This document shows positions 26,734-40,801 of a stretch of 64,000 bases of DNA, piece after piece. Location of the stretch: positions 63,054,001 through 63,118,000 of the forward strand of contig OX597814.1 in the NCBI GenBank assembly GCA_951406725.2. The letters are read 5' to 3'. The notes under the pieces are model-generated. The model searched no databases. It was not told the DNA's origin and was given only the letters and a program-made list of their open reading frames with translations. Each line of letters starts with the position of its first letter. Within the stretch, counting starts at the first letter, position 1. The position numbers were made by a program, and so were the translations under genes. The DNA is from Octopus vulgaris (Eukaryota).

Positions 26734-27441
26734 GTGAGTCATAACTCCACGTAGATTATCATTATCTCTTCAGCTTCCAATACAGTAGTTAGTGTACTTA
26801 CAGTACTAAGTAGTGATAATGGTTATCATATACAAAGCATGTGTTGTGGGAAATTACGATAAACACCAGTATAAATATTTTTGTTCCAATGTACGTTTCA
26901 CCATTTCAGATATTTGGAACTCAGCATTAGATGTTCCAGAGCATTTGAATATCTGGTTGCATAGGATGATCAGGGGAATGCATTCTGTTTCTGAGAACAA
27001 ATATCTGAAGCTTGGTACATAGCGAGGTAATTTTTAAGTGCTTAGAGAAGTGGAAAAGAAGCAAGTAAGTCGTGGAAAGAAAGAAAAAAAGGAAGAGGGA
27101 AAAGAGTGATAAAGTAATAGGATAAAAGGCGAAGGTATACTAGTAAATAATTAAATAAAAACACTAAATAAATGACTGCATAAATAAATACATAAATGAA
27201 ATATGTAAATACAAAGGCACACACACTCTCTCTCTCCCTCTCTCTCTCACACACACACATACCCTATCTTAATATTCGAACACTGTAACAGAATGTAATT
27301 AAATATTCCCCAGATGATCCATTGCTATTAAGTATATGAATGCATTTGGAACATCGAATTTTGAATTCTAAATAACTGCAATATTGAAACGTACGTAGGA
27401 ACTAAATATCGATACCGGTATTTATCTTAATTCTATGCCTG

Positions 27442-27495
<54 letters not shown>

Positions 27496-27509
27496 TTTCC
27501 GTATATATT

Positions 27510-27727
27510 CTTTTATTCTTTTACTTGTTTCGGTCATTTGACTACGGCCATGCTGGAGCACCGACTTTAGTCGAACCAGGATTTATTCTTTACAAGCCTA
27601 GTACTTATTCTATCGGTTTATTTTGCAGAACCGCTAAGTTACGGGGACGTAAACACACCAACATCGGTTGTCAGGTGATAGTGAGGGACAAACACAGACA
27701 CACAACTACACACACACACAATCGCAT

Positions 27728-27789
<62 letters not shown>

Positions 27790-27947
27790 GACGGACGTCT
27801 TTCACTTTTCGTCTATCAAATCCACTCACAAAACTCTGGTTGTTCCGAGGCTATAGCAGTAGACACAAGCCCAATGTGTTATGCAGTGGGATCTAACCTG
27901 GAACCATGTGATTGACAAGCTTCTTACTACACAGCCACTCTTGCGTC
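27510..27947 (-). mobile_element. SINE family A, complete, with internal microsatellite
   Basis: Homology to 42060-42480. Confidence 0.85.
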
Positions 27948-27979
27948 TACATATATACATACATACATACATACATACA

Positions 27980-28011
<32 letters not shown>

Positions 28012-28019
28012 CATACATA

Positions 28020-28109
<90 letters not shown>

Positions 28110-28610
28110 CAGGATTATTCAAAAAGAATGAACTGATTTCATTACGCAATATTTTAATAAGGAAAAGCAATAGAAATCTCCAGCTAAGTCACAACTATTT
28201 ACTCACAATCAACTTACATTTCCTGTCTTACAAGTGTTCAATATGGCCACCACCTCCAGCACGGCAACATCAATTCGAAAAGAAAATTCCAGCCTATCAC
28301 GATCCACTGAGTACTTATTTTGCTGTCTAGTTGAATGCTTTACCGAAGTTTTCCATTTCCGTTCTTAGTCAATATCTTCTGGAATCGCTTCAAGCAAAGC
28401 AAAATTATTCTTTAGTTCTATAATGAACTTGCTTTTGATATCCTGATACGCGTCTGGGAAGAATTCCCTTATCGCAGGTGGTGGCCACATTGAACACTTG
28501 TAAGACAGGAAATAAAAGTTAATACTTGTGATTTAGCTGGAGTTTTCTAATGCTTTTTCTTTTTAAAATATTGCGCAATGAAATAGGTTCGTTCTTTTTG
28601 AATAACCCTG
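28110..28610. mobile_element. Tc1/mariner-derived MITE with ~140-bp TIRs and TA TSD
   Basis: TA|CAGGATTATTCAAAAAGAA ... TTCTTTTTGAATAACCCTG|TA. The arms stay complementary to TGGCCACCACCT/AGGTGGTGGCCA. Remnant peptide LIRVWEEF..GGHIEHL*. Confidence 0.92.
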
Positions 28611-28630
28611 TAAAAAAAAAATATATATAT

Positions 28631-28689
<59 letters not shown>

Positions 28690-28904
28690 ATTTGTGTGTT
28701 TGTGTGTATTTGTGTTGTTTGTATTCTTGTGTGCTTGTCGCCCTGCATCACCCTTATTTTCATGGGTGACTGGAAATAAGTGTTTGTTCAGAGTTTGAAT
28801 ATTAAAATAGAGCATGTGTGTGTGTGTGTAAGGACACACGCCACCTACGTGTGTATCTATGTACATATATGTATTGTATTTCATTTATGTATTTACTTAT
28901 TGTC

Positions 28905-29100
28905 CCAAATTTTGATACAAAAGTAGCAATATCGGAGGAGGATTGAGTCGATTACATCGATCACAACGCTCATCTGGTTCTTATTTTATCGATCTCAAAA
29001 TGATGAACGGCATTGTAGGCCTCGGTGATATTTGAACACATGGACGAAATACCGCTATGCATTTTTTCTCTACGCGATAACGATTCTGCCAGTTCACCCC
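28905..29100 (-). mobile_element. SINE family B, decayed
   Basis: GTCGATTACATCGA..TTATTTTATCGA..CGAAATACCGCTA..AACGATTCTGCCAG. Confidence 0.8.
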
Positions 29101-31214
29101 CTTGCTAGTGATAACAATGAAAATAAATAAATAAATAAATAAAAGCAAACAATCAAAAACATAAAAAACAATGATTTTGACCAACCCCATTAAGTACAGT
29201 GTTGGTGTTTGATGGATGTAAAACCTCTTTAGCATTGGCTTACATCCATCCTTGATATGGTATACCGACAAAGCGTCTAGTAACTGTAACCTTCTCAGAG
29301 ATGATGTCTCAATAGAAACCCTATTGACTGTATTACTTAGCTCAATATTTCCTATGATTGAATGGAATTGAGCAGTGCATTAGGCAACATTAACGACACA
29401 AGTGGGAGTGGAATCTCATGGGAAACTGCTATGTCTAGCAGGTATGTTGTGCTAAAGGAAGCAGCAGCCGGTCGTTATTCAATATTGCTCGAACAAAAGG
29501 GTCATGGTGTGTGGAAATGGACTGAGAAGGGTTATACTGGTGTGGCAGAAGCTGAGTGCTAGGAATGAAGATACTAACGATGTAGGTATAGAATACTCAC
29601 AAACTGGAAAACAAAGGTGAGTTTGAATTGTTGCAAGTGAGCATAATTCAACGATTTTTGCTAATCTTAGTTGAAGTAGAAAGCATGCAGAAAAATATCA
29701 ATGAGGTGCCGTTTGATATCAAGTAAGAGAGAAGGAAGACATGGTAGATATTGAAAATATAAATGAAAACATTATGATTTGTAAATAAGAAAATGAAAAC
29801 CGTTTTCACCACATTTATTCTGTCCGGCCTCGTACTTTAAGATTACACTGGTCTGAGGATTCCCCCATACTTCTAGCTTATATGGTTTATTTCATATAAC
29901 TAATAATCATATACTCTTATTTATAAAACATACGTTATGTAAAGAAACTGAGTATTTCATAAGCAATGTTATATTTCCTATGTACACACTACATAATATA
30001 AACCACATAATTTAGAATTATGGTGAAATCTTAAGTGTAACCTTTATACGTAACACTACTTCATTGTAAAATTCTTGACAGAACTAACCATCAAGGAGAA
30101 CCACGATTGTTACTTCTGTCAAGTAACAATCCCAGTATTGTTATGTATAAAAATTAACTCTGAGGATTCGATAATATGTCTTAATTATGTAACTTACATT
30201 ATGTAACTAATACTCATTTTCAGTTATGAAACGTATTTAAGAATGTGAAACTAAATATCTCAAAATACCTGCCATTCTTTGTTTTATTTTCTAAATGTAC
30301 ACTGTGAAATATTCAAACTCCAAATGAAACCAGTGCAATAACATGAACTGGAATATATAAGGTGACCTAAATACAAATTATTTGCCGCGTAAAGTGAATT
30401 TAAAAATACACAAAATTAATATATAATATATACGTGACTATATATTCTTATGAATATGTATGTACTGCATACATACTCGCACCACCATATAGGTACTCAT
30501 ACCACGCTTATTCACAAACAAATATATTATCCTAAATTCTTCATTACGTAATCTCTGAAGAACAAGCTCTCTAGCATTTTGTTCAAAATATATTTATTTT
30601 CGTTTAGAATATTGTGTAACAAATCTAGCTGTATTTTGTTTTTGATATTTACTACGGTTTCAACTTAAATGTTAAAAAAGAAAATGTGTATGAATTTTGG
30701 AATTCAACTCCGTATCAGCGTTTGTCCAGCATAAATACGATTTATTTATACATACACATGCATACACACACACGCACACACACACGCACACAGATGCGCT
30801 CACGCACACACGCACGCACAGACACACACACGCATGCATTTATATATTTGCATGCAATACGAGTGTGTGTGTGAGTGTGTGCATATGTGTGTGTGTGTAT
30901 GTGTTTGTGTGTGTGTGTGCATACCTTACATCCAAGCGTACATGAACATATATACCCATGCTTTATAAATTGAAACTGTATGTCTTTGTCTTCATACGTG
31001 AGTATGAAGCATAAGAGCGATCGTAGGAAAAATTTCATATCAATCGCGTTCTTTCACGAAAAAGACAATTGTTTGGTTTCGAAACGGATTATTCGAGAGG
31101 TTTTCTAATTCTTATCTCCGTATAAATTCTATTTCACTCAATACCTGCAAAATGCATTGTAACACATTCTAAATCACTTACTACTATTCAGGAATGCATA
31201 CAACACACACATAA

Positions 31215-31281
<67 letters not shown>

Positions 31282-31495
31282 CATACAAAGCCGCAACTCA
31301 CACACACTAACGCACACACACACACGCACAAACACACACACATGCCTATTTATTTAGATACATTGAAACATTTATGCATACATGTTCACACCCTTATCCT
31401 ATCATGTTCACACCAACACATATGTATAGTTATAAATATATACTTGCATATATATATATATTATATAACCATACATTGTCATACATGCACATACA

Positions 31496-31548
<53 letters not shown>

Positions 31549-31571
31549 TGTATGTATATATGTGACTGTGC

Positions 31572-31618
<47 letters not shown>

Positions 31619-32069
31619 CATATACATACAGAATATGTACACATATATATGCATACAGCAACAGATGTGTGTGTATGTATGTGTGTGGGTATATGTGTGT
31701 GTGTTGTGTGTGTTTGTACATATATATCTGCACAATGCAGCTAAGCATTATTTTGGTTTCTCTCTTATTAATCACTATGGTGCCGTTATAGTTGCTGAGT
31801 AAACATTGAGCTGAAGACGTGAAAGCAGTTCTTTACAGAAGATACACAGACATACACTGCAGTACAAGCATCATAGGAAGAAATAAACTGCGAGCCAATA
31901 AATATGTCGTAAAAAAGATACTAGTTTTGCAATATCGACGAGATTTTCGCTTCAATTGCATTGCGACAAGCCCAGGACAAGTGTCTTCTGCTATAGTTCA
32001 GGGTCGAGCAACGTTTTGTGCGGGGATTCGTTTGATAGGTATTTTGTAGAAGCTCTTTATATATGCGTG

Positions 32070-32370
32070 AAGGCACATGGCTTAGTTGTTAGGATGTTGC
32101 ACTCACGATTGTGAGATTGTTGTTTCGATTCCCAGGCTCGGCGTTGCGTTGTGTTCTTGAGCATATCGCTTCACTTCATATTGCTCTGCGATCATTTCGT
32201 CATCTGACATGTGGCACGTTATGCATCTGCACTGGTAATGTTGATTTGATTGACGGAGTGGGGATATGCGAACACTAACATTTGATCTCTGCAAACAGAT
32301 CAGTGTGATTGTTCAGCAAGAAATTGCAGCGTCGACATACCTCGACTACCAACGGGAGAGTCCATGAGAT
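32070..32370 (+). mobile_element. tRNA-derived SINE family D
   Basis: TGGCTTAGTTGTTAGG..GTTTCGATTCC..GCGTTGTGTTCTTGAGCA; related minus-strand copies at 40490-40870 and 40885-41025. Confidence 0.75.
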
Positions 32371-32570
32371 ATATAAATATAAGTCCTGACATTTTATGGT
32401 TTAAATATTCCTCGTGGAATAGTCTCATCGATCGGATCTCCTGAATTTCGGATACATGAAACTCTGCATTATACTCCTCTGTATTGAATTTGTATGTGGT
32501 CTGTTAGCCGGATGGGTTAGAAGAGCTTTCTGTGATAACCACCCGATTTTATGAATCCATACATTACACT

Positions 32571-32705
32571 ATGTATGTATGTATGAATGTATGTATGTAT
32601 GTATGTATGTATGTATGTATGTATGTATGTATGTATGTATGTATGTATGTATGTATGAATGTATGTATGTATGTATGTATGTATGTATGTATGTATGTGT
32701 GTGTG

Positions 32706-32804
<99 letters not shown>

Positions 32805-32829
32805 GCCTGTCTGTCTGTCTGTCTATCTA
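32571..32829. repeat. Compound (TATG)n(TATC)n(TGTC)n microsatellite
   Basis: Seen directly. Confidence 0.97.
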
Positions 32830-33560
32830 TCTTTATATTACATTAAAAATGAACTTAAATCTTGCTTGCATGCTTGCAATGTTACATAGCCAAACCAGCG
32901 CATAATGGGGAAATTCTTTGAGAGTAAGTCGCCTCTGATATGTGAATACAAACAGAATAAAATAAGTTTCGCGTAAATCTGACCAGTGGTTATTGAGATA
33001 GTCGGAGTTTTGTGGGGGTATAGATGCCCAAAACGGCAACATTGGGAAAATATTCCGAAAATAACTTAACCCTGAAAGGGAAGAGACTCTAACCTTTCCA
33101 TTAGACACATTATGATGGGCAAAATATTTAAAAGTGAAAATGACTTAAAAAAACAGTAAATATTTCGTAAAAGACCCGTTCGTAACCTCGGCGTGAATTA
33201 GTTTTATTTCCATAGGTTTCTTTCGAATGCATTCAACGTATCTCACCTCCAAAGAAAATGATAGATTTGGCTGATATTTATAGCATGCTCTGTTTCCACG
33301 TAACAGCTATTTCCGATAAAGGACTTAAAATACCTGTTACGTGGTAGCAGGGTGTGCAAGAAATAGCAGCCAAATCTTTCTTTTCTGGGGAAAGGAACTA
33401 TTTACGTGTGATTTCGATGTCACATTAGTTGAAAGCATGCGAAATAACCTTGAAAAGAAAAACCCACGAAACAAAACTCCGTTGCTGAGAAACTCAGACT
33501 TTCCCGGTACCTTGAATTATTGGTGACCCAACGGGTTACGAGTAGTCTAGTCTAGTCTAG
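32830..33560 (+). mobile_element. Non-autonomous Helitron-like element with a triplicated CTAG terminus
   Basis: A|TCTTTATATTACATTAAAAATG start; hairpin GTGACCC-aac-GGGTTAC (33523-33539) followed by (TCTAG)3|T. Confidence 0.7.
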
Positions 33561-33584
33561 TACACACGCACACACATACACACA

Positions 33585-33659
<75 letters not shown>

Positions 33660-35845
33660 GCATTTATATTGATTGATTGGTTGTACTCCATCATGTCCGA
33701 CGAATGGAACAAAGTAAAAGAAAAGAAAATAATAACAATTTTTCAATGTTTTAAAATTCTATTGTAATATCGATTTTGTTTCCTCTAAAATCAGAAAAGC
33801 ATAAAGCATAAAAAGAAGTAGCATAAACATTCAAAAAAGATAAATGAATCAACAAGTATTTCTATATTCATTGTCTTTCTAATCGACAAAGATACAGTAG
33901 TTATTGCAACTAGAATAAATAGTGTACTATTGAGTCCAATTTCTGATTGGATAACTTGTCGATTTTGCCTTCCAGTGTCCAATATCTTTTATTTCCCGTC
34001 TATATCAAATACTTCTGCCCTAAATTTTAAAACCAATCTTGCAAGTTTTCTTAGTTATTTATCATCTTGTCCAGACAACGAGTAGATCTAATAATAGAGT
34101 GACAAGCAAAGAATGCATGGATTGAGTTATTCGATTGTCACAATTGTCATGTCTCCATCTCCTCTTTGTAACTTGGAGTCGATTAAAACATTTCAAACCG
34201 CTCCAAATAGACTCAGAAGTCTTTGGCACATATTCTATTTGTTCTGTCAGCTTATCTATCAAATCCTGCGAGAATACTTTTAGTTTTCACCATTGCAGTA
34301 TTGATAACGGAAATACTTTGACATATTGAACTAATCATATCTAAACTTTCTATAATGTAACCTTGTACCAGTGATAGAAATCATCATTTTTGCTAATTCA
34401 TTTGTATGTTCCTACATCACTCTCTGATAAAATAAACATCAGTAATACACTGAATACGTCTATACACCGTACCTACTCTTTTTGCCATTATGCCGGCTAT
34501 TTCTTCTCTGCAAAATCAAGCAACGTAACTCAATATATACGCCTGTAAGTTTATCTGTATGTAAGAATGCATTTGTACGCGTGTTTCTTTATCGAATAAC
34601 CTTTTGTCGGTTCGCTTTGAATATAGAGACTATAATTGATTAATAGTAGGGTTATTGACATTACATTAAGCACAATCAGTGTGATTGCTGTCTTCTTTTG
34701 TATATGGTGTATGATTTTCATGCAACAATTCCAATTCAATTCATATTACAGCAGAAGTCAAGAGATTTCTTCTGTGGTTGGGTTGTATTGCTTCAGATGA
34801 TGTTGTTTATTCTCAGGGTCAAGCCTGACTGAACATGTAGTCAGTATGTTGTAGACGTGACGAGCCTGCAAGTTTTCAGGCATATTGTTGTGTCCACCTC
34901 GACTTACCTGTACTTATGCATCCACCTGTACTTCCATTTTTCGAGCTGATGTGAGGGGGATTTGACTCTTATATCTATAGACCACTGGTTCATTAACGAA
35001 TACAATTTACGGCTCACTGGATAAAACATTAAATAATAACTTGCAATCAGGTGTACTGTGTGAAGTTCTTATGGCTGTCCATGCATTCGCTATAGTCGAT
35101 TGTCATTTATCATAATGTATTATTGACATGAACAGACATGACACATGAAAACTCATCCTCTATTTGGTTGTTCGATCGATTAGAAATCCCAGCCCATATT
35201 TCATTCATTACCGATTATCGTCGTACAAAAGATGGATACATTGAATGTGGACATCGGTGCACAGTCTGAAGTAAAAAACAGAATTACCACGGCTGGAATT
35301 TCTTTGCTTATATGCTTACTCAGTGAGGGTCGACCTGGAGCTAAACAAAAACAATAAAAGTAGTAGTAGCCAAAACATATGACATAATATTATTTCGTTG
35401 AAGAAGCTGAAGTAAAATTAGTAACACAGAATCAACTTGGTTTAATGGTGCAGCAGACTGTATTGCAATATCGACAAAAGCACTTTCAATTAATGGTTAC
35501 AGGATGTCGAATATTCACTGGATGATCGTTACCCAAGCTGCTTACGTATAGGTTATTATTTATTGTTCGAATAAAGTTGCTGAATCAGGTTAGCATGTAG
35601 AATAAACTCGGTTACTTATTTCGTTTCGTCCTTCTCCTGATAGTTTTGCGCTCAAAAATTGATCGAGTGTATCTTGCAACCTGACTCTCATCTGTCGATA
35701 ACGTAGGCACCAGTTATATAGAGGAGGCTATGAAACTGCTTATATATCATTCTTTCAATTATGTGGGTATGCATCTATAGAAGAAATGGCCGTATTATTT
35801 CAAGTTAAATATGCAGTTCTAAACCGACGTAAGAATTTAAATGCA

Positions 35846-36070
35846 TGTACATACATACATACATACATACATACATACATACATGACTGCATACATACAT
35901 ACATACATACATACATACATACATACATACATACATACGTACATACATACGTACATACATACATACATACATACATACATACATACATACATACATACAT
36001 ACATACATACATACATACATACATACATACATACATACATACATACATGCATACTTACACACTTACATAC
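35846..36070. repeat. (TACA)n microsatellite
   Basis: Seen directly. Confidence 0.97.
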
Positions 36071-36079
36071 ATACAATTC

Positions 36080-36440
36080 ATCCGTTTTTAGGTTCTGAGT
36101 TCAAACTTCGCCGAGGTCGACTTTGCCTTTATTATATCGCATTACTACACAGTGGCTGTGTGAGCTACGAAATCCTCGTCGCCACTGTTATATCGCACGT
36201 TCAGATGACCTCTACTCAACTCCTCGACGTCTAGACTTCTTCCTCTATATCTACGTATTGGGCTAACCTACTTCATCGTCTGGGGGCGTCGACACAACCG
36301 CCTTTCATCTTTTTGGCGGTCAATAAAATAAGTACAAGTTATGCACTGAACTCAATAAAATAAGTACCAATTATGCATTGGGGTCGAGTTAATTGACTAG
36401 CCCACTCCCCCAAAGTTTCAGACTTTGTGTCTATAGTAAA
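36080..36440 (+). mobile_element. SINE family B interrupted by a mini LTR relic; (ATT)n follows
   Basis: GAGTTCAAACTTCGCCGAGGTCGACTTTGCCTT | insert | GCCTTTCATC..ATAAAATAAGTAC. Confidence 0.85.
36130..36299 (-). mobile_element. Internally deleted LTR retroelement: 114-bp LTR, tRNA-Ser PBS and the tip of the 3' LTR
   Basis: Minus strand: LTR 36299-36186 ending CGATATAACA, then G TGGCGACGAGGAT (36184-36172), then TGCGATATAA again at the far end. 5-bp TSD GCCTT (36125-36129 / 36300-36304). Confidence 0.75.
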
Positions 36441-36444
36441 AAGG

Positions 36445-36539
<95 letters not shown>

Positions 36540-36664
36540 TATATATTTCGTATTAAATGTCGGAAAAAGCGTACTGGTAGAGATTAATGATATTTCATTT
36601 TGGTCGAGTCAGCATCTTTCACATATAGTCACATGGAATTTTAAGGCAAGTTGTGATTTTACAA

Positions 36665-36712
36665 CTTGCTTGAAGATACCCTGTGCCTGCAGGTGAGACT
36701 CAGAGTAGTTAG
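36665..36712 (+). ncRNA. Hammerhead relic
   Basis: cttgc TTGAAGA t-ACC-c-TG..CA-GGT GAGA CTCAGAG TA gttag. Same stem III as the 7921 motif; core changes C3->U and GAAA->GAGA. Confidence 0.5.
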
Positions 36713-36862
36713 ACGCTGACTCGATCAAAATTGCTTGTATGTATGTATGTATGTATGTATGTATGTATGTATGTATGTATGTATGTATGTATGTATGTAT
36801 GTATGTATGTATGTTCGTACGTACGTACGTATATATCTACGTACGTACGTATGTATGTATGC

Positions 36863-36932
<70 letters not shown>

Positions 36933-37209
36933 ATTATTAAGGTGACTATTCGCAATTTACAATTGAATGGCAACAAGTATAGTTGTCACTAAAGTGACGG
37001 TGAGTGCTACTCAGCTTCAGCATTGCTAGAAATAAGAGTCAAGACAAATCTTAGCCAAGTGAGGGTATTTTTCTGACGACTGACAAGGGAGACAAGCTTC
37101 CTTTCTTCGGCAAGCGTAATGGAGTCGTATCAGCGCTGATTTAAGATTTGATTAATCTTCATCAATGACCCTTTACTCCGTCACCGAGTTTTAAAGAACC
37201 TGACTCACG

Positions 37210-37302
<93 letters not shown>

Positions 37303-37417
37303 AACAAAATCGAACACACTTACACAAGGTATATGCTTTGCAAGTTCGTGAGTAGGCTGCGCTTATAGGCGTAAGAGAATATATTCTCTCAATGTGCCTG
37401 GTGTTAAAATCCCTGGC

Positions 37418-37515
37418 AGTCATAGACAAGCAAGGTAACTCGCATCAGATCCTATTTCGTCATTACCGCGTACACGAAACGAGGTCCGATGCAAGCTAAA
37501 TCGCTGTCTATGACT
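37418..37515 (-). other. 98-nt hairpin (pre-miRNA-like or decayed palindrome)
   Basis: AGTCATAGACA/TGTCTATGACT; TAACTCGCATCAGA/TCCGATGCAAGCTA; TTTCGT/ACGAAA. Confidence 0.75.
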
Positions 37516-37711
37516 ATATGCAAAATGGTGTAAAAAACCATCTGCTACTATGTCCCATCATAACATTTGGAGTTAATCTACTTGAGCAATTTCTATTCAT
37601 GCGCAAAAACGTAAACAAAGAATTGATATAAATTTAATTATTATAAAGTCTTAGATATTATAAATTATTAGAGATTTTCGTTCCATGCTATTGAAAGCAG
37701 CGAGAGTGAGT

Positions 37712-37757
37712 CTCCTGACAGATGTTTTCGGTCATTGTTGACCACTCCTCAAAGGAA
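37712..37757 (-). ncRNA. Hammerhead motif (C3->U variant or relic)
   Basis: ttcct TTGAGGA gt GGTCA-acaa-TGACC GAAA ACATCTG TC aggag; 5-bp stem I and 5-bp stem II. Confidence 0.6.
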
Positions 37758-39366
37758 ACGTACCCAACCTTCATACTCAGTAAGCAGATCAAACATTTAT
37801 GAAGTAGTTATGAATTAGTGTAACACATTAGTACGTTACTTAATTGACGTTATTTTGCATTTGCTAGTTTATGTACAAAGAGTAAATAAGAATAACTGAA
37901 ATATATTTAAATATTGTGCTTGGTTTATATTCCGATGTTTTGGAATTCTTTTTGAATTTTTACAATAAAATTGCGCGAATTTTTCTTTTTTCATTAATTT
38001 GAGAACCTAAAATATTTAACAATAAACAGTGAAAACAGAACAAGTTGCATAAATCTATGAAATAAATTTCAACATTGTATAATTCATAAAAGAATACTAA
38101 ATAAAGTTTATTCCAGAATAATCCACATAGTTTAAAATGACAAAAGCCGGAATTATTCTTGCATTAAATTTATTTTTATGCATCAATATAATTTTCATGA
38201 ATTATCTTCTCATTTTAGAAATCACAGAGAAATACACAGGACTAGAAAATATACTAAAATATAATTCGTAACGGTATCAGTGTTACTCGTTGAAGTTTTT
38301 GGTTCGTTCAGATAATATGGAAATATGTATCGAACCCTGTAATTCTATTGAGACTATCATAGTCAATGATCCAGATCAGACTCTGGTATACTTCAAGGTA
38401 GGAAGAATGTGTAATTTTTTGGAAAATCCATGCTTGTAGACGTGTGTGTTTGGTATGATAAGTATTCCCGAGTGGCAGCTGCATCACAGAAACCATTTCA
38501 TATACTTAAGTAAAATTGTATTTTCCACGTTGAAGTATATCCTGGTTTAGGTTCCTAGTTTTGCTAGTTACTTATGTTTTGCAATATTGCATTTGTTATA
38601 AAATGGATCTTCTTAGTCAGTTTGTGATAAATATAGAGAATATTTGAATTCTTCAAACTGTCAATGAAACATTTACTACATTTAAAAGATATTTAGTTTC
38701 ACATTCTTAATTACTCTTGTTAATGTACGCACTAAAGTGATTAGTTAGTTTAGTTATTATTTAAGGTGTATGTAGACCAAAATGCTGACAGCTTAATTTA
38801 GGTTTTACCTCTGAATAACGATGATTTTAATTTGTATGTTGCAGGTGAAAAATGACAAAGTGTGGCGACCGGTAAACAACCAAGTGCTGGTACATGAAGA
38901 GGACTCTGTTCAGGGAAGCTTGGGCATGAAGTCATGCGCTAATTTTTGGAAATGTTTAAAGCCATTCATGAAAGAAAGATTCCAGAATTTTACTGCATTA
39001 GAAAATGTCGCGATATGAAGATATTTCTGGATGTACCATAGCTTTTCAGTATAGAATAATTTTTTATGTTATTCATTACAAAAGAAAAACAAATCTGTGA
39101 TCAAATATGTCTGGAAATTATAACGCAAAATGCATACTTTCAGAAAACCGACAAATATACCTAGGGACTGAGTACGAGAGATGTACATTTGTAGTCTCGA
39201 TAACTACCAGCTGATGCTAAGACAAGGAGGGTAGTCACAAAGGAAATTGATGTTTTGAGTACAGACTTTAAAGCTCCCTGTACACCAAATAAGGAGGTTT
39301 CTATAAAGTTGCTGACAGAAATGAAGATGATGCTACAGACCGATATGAAGCTAGTGTGAAGAAGTT

Positions 39367-39770
<404 letters not shown>

Positions 39771-40575
39771 AGTCAATTTTTGACTTCCTGAAATGATTGT
39801 TGATTGGAATTATTTTACTTTGTAACTGGGTTCACCTTTTATATTTTTTCCGCATTTTCACTTTCATTATTTAAACATTTTCTATTTCCTTACGAAATGA
39901 GCAATGCTGCAGTTTTTCAGCTAGATCAGTGCACTATTTTCCACAGAAGATAGGCTGAAGGAAGCCGCCAAAGGGATAGGCATGGTAGCTGAATCCATCT
40001 CAAGATTGCTGTTGTTAACAAAAGGCCGCAGGTGGAACCCTCCCACGGGCAAAAACAAATTCGGTCATTACCGTCTCATCTAGACGAAGCGTATAAGCTA
40101 AGTAGCAATACATTTGTGGCCCTGAGACAACTGCTGATGATGCCGAAGGGTATCCGACATTGCAATGGATTCAGAAAAGCTAGCGATACCTTTGATTAGG
40201 TAGTTTCCGTCAAGAGGCAGTACATCTCTGATGTTATTTCACCTTTAAATTATGTATGTGGCATGAATAGTGCCAAAGGCTCGTTATAAGCTTCTTGATG
40301 CTTGTGATCACAGGTCAAGTGTGTTTGAAGGGAGATGATACTTGTCGACCGAAAAAAACAAAAAACAACTGGGTGCAATACAGTGTTCTATTGTTGCAGA
40401 TATACTGCACATCCTTGAAGTTTAGAGCTGTAGCAGCGTATCTAGGGCGAGAAAGCTTGTCGGAGTCCATCCCTCTCCAGGCTAAAGTTATTTCTACAGC
40501 TGAGTGGACTGGAGCAATGTGTAATGAAGTGTTTTCTTCCAAAACACAACTGATCGCCCGGTTAAGGGATCGAAA

Positions 40576-40801
40576 GGCGGCGAGCTGGCAGAAACGTTAG
40601 CACGCCGGGCGAAATGCGTAGCCGTATTTCGTCTGCCATTACGTTCTAGGTTCAGATTCCTCCGAGGTCGACTTTGCCTTTCATCCTTTCGGGTTCGATA
40701 AATTAAGTACCAGTTGCGCACTGGGGTCGATGTAATCGACTTAATCCGTGTGTCTGTCTTTGTTTGTCCTCTCTGTGTTTAGCCCCTTGAGTAAAGAAAT
40801 A
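40576..40801 (+). mobile_element. SINE family B, full length, with a 16-bp TSD, inserted in a family D SINE
   Basis: TSD GGTTAAGGGATCGAAA (40560-40575) / GGTTAAGGGATTTAAA (40802-40817). Confidence 0.93.

Noticed and set aside
30555-30600. CTGAAGA-ACAA..TTGT-TC-AAAA, and similar partial motifs near 47860, 52683 and 54610
   Set aside because: Each lacks GAAA or the UH site and stem I; indistinguishable from chance in AT-rich DNA.
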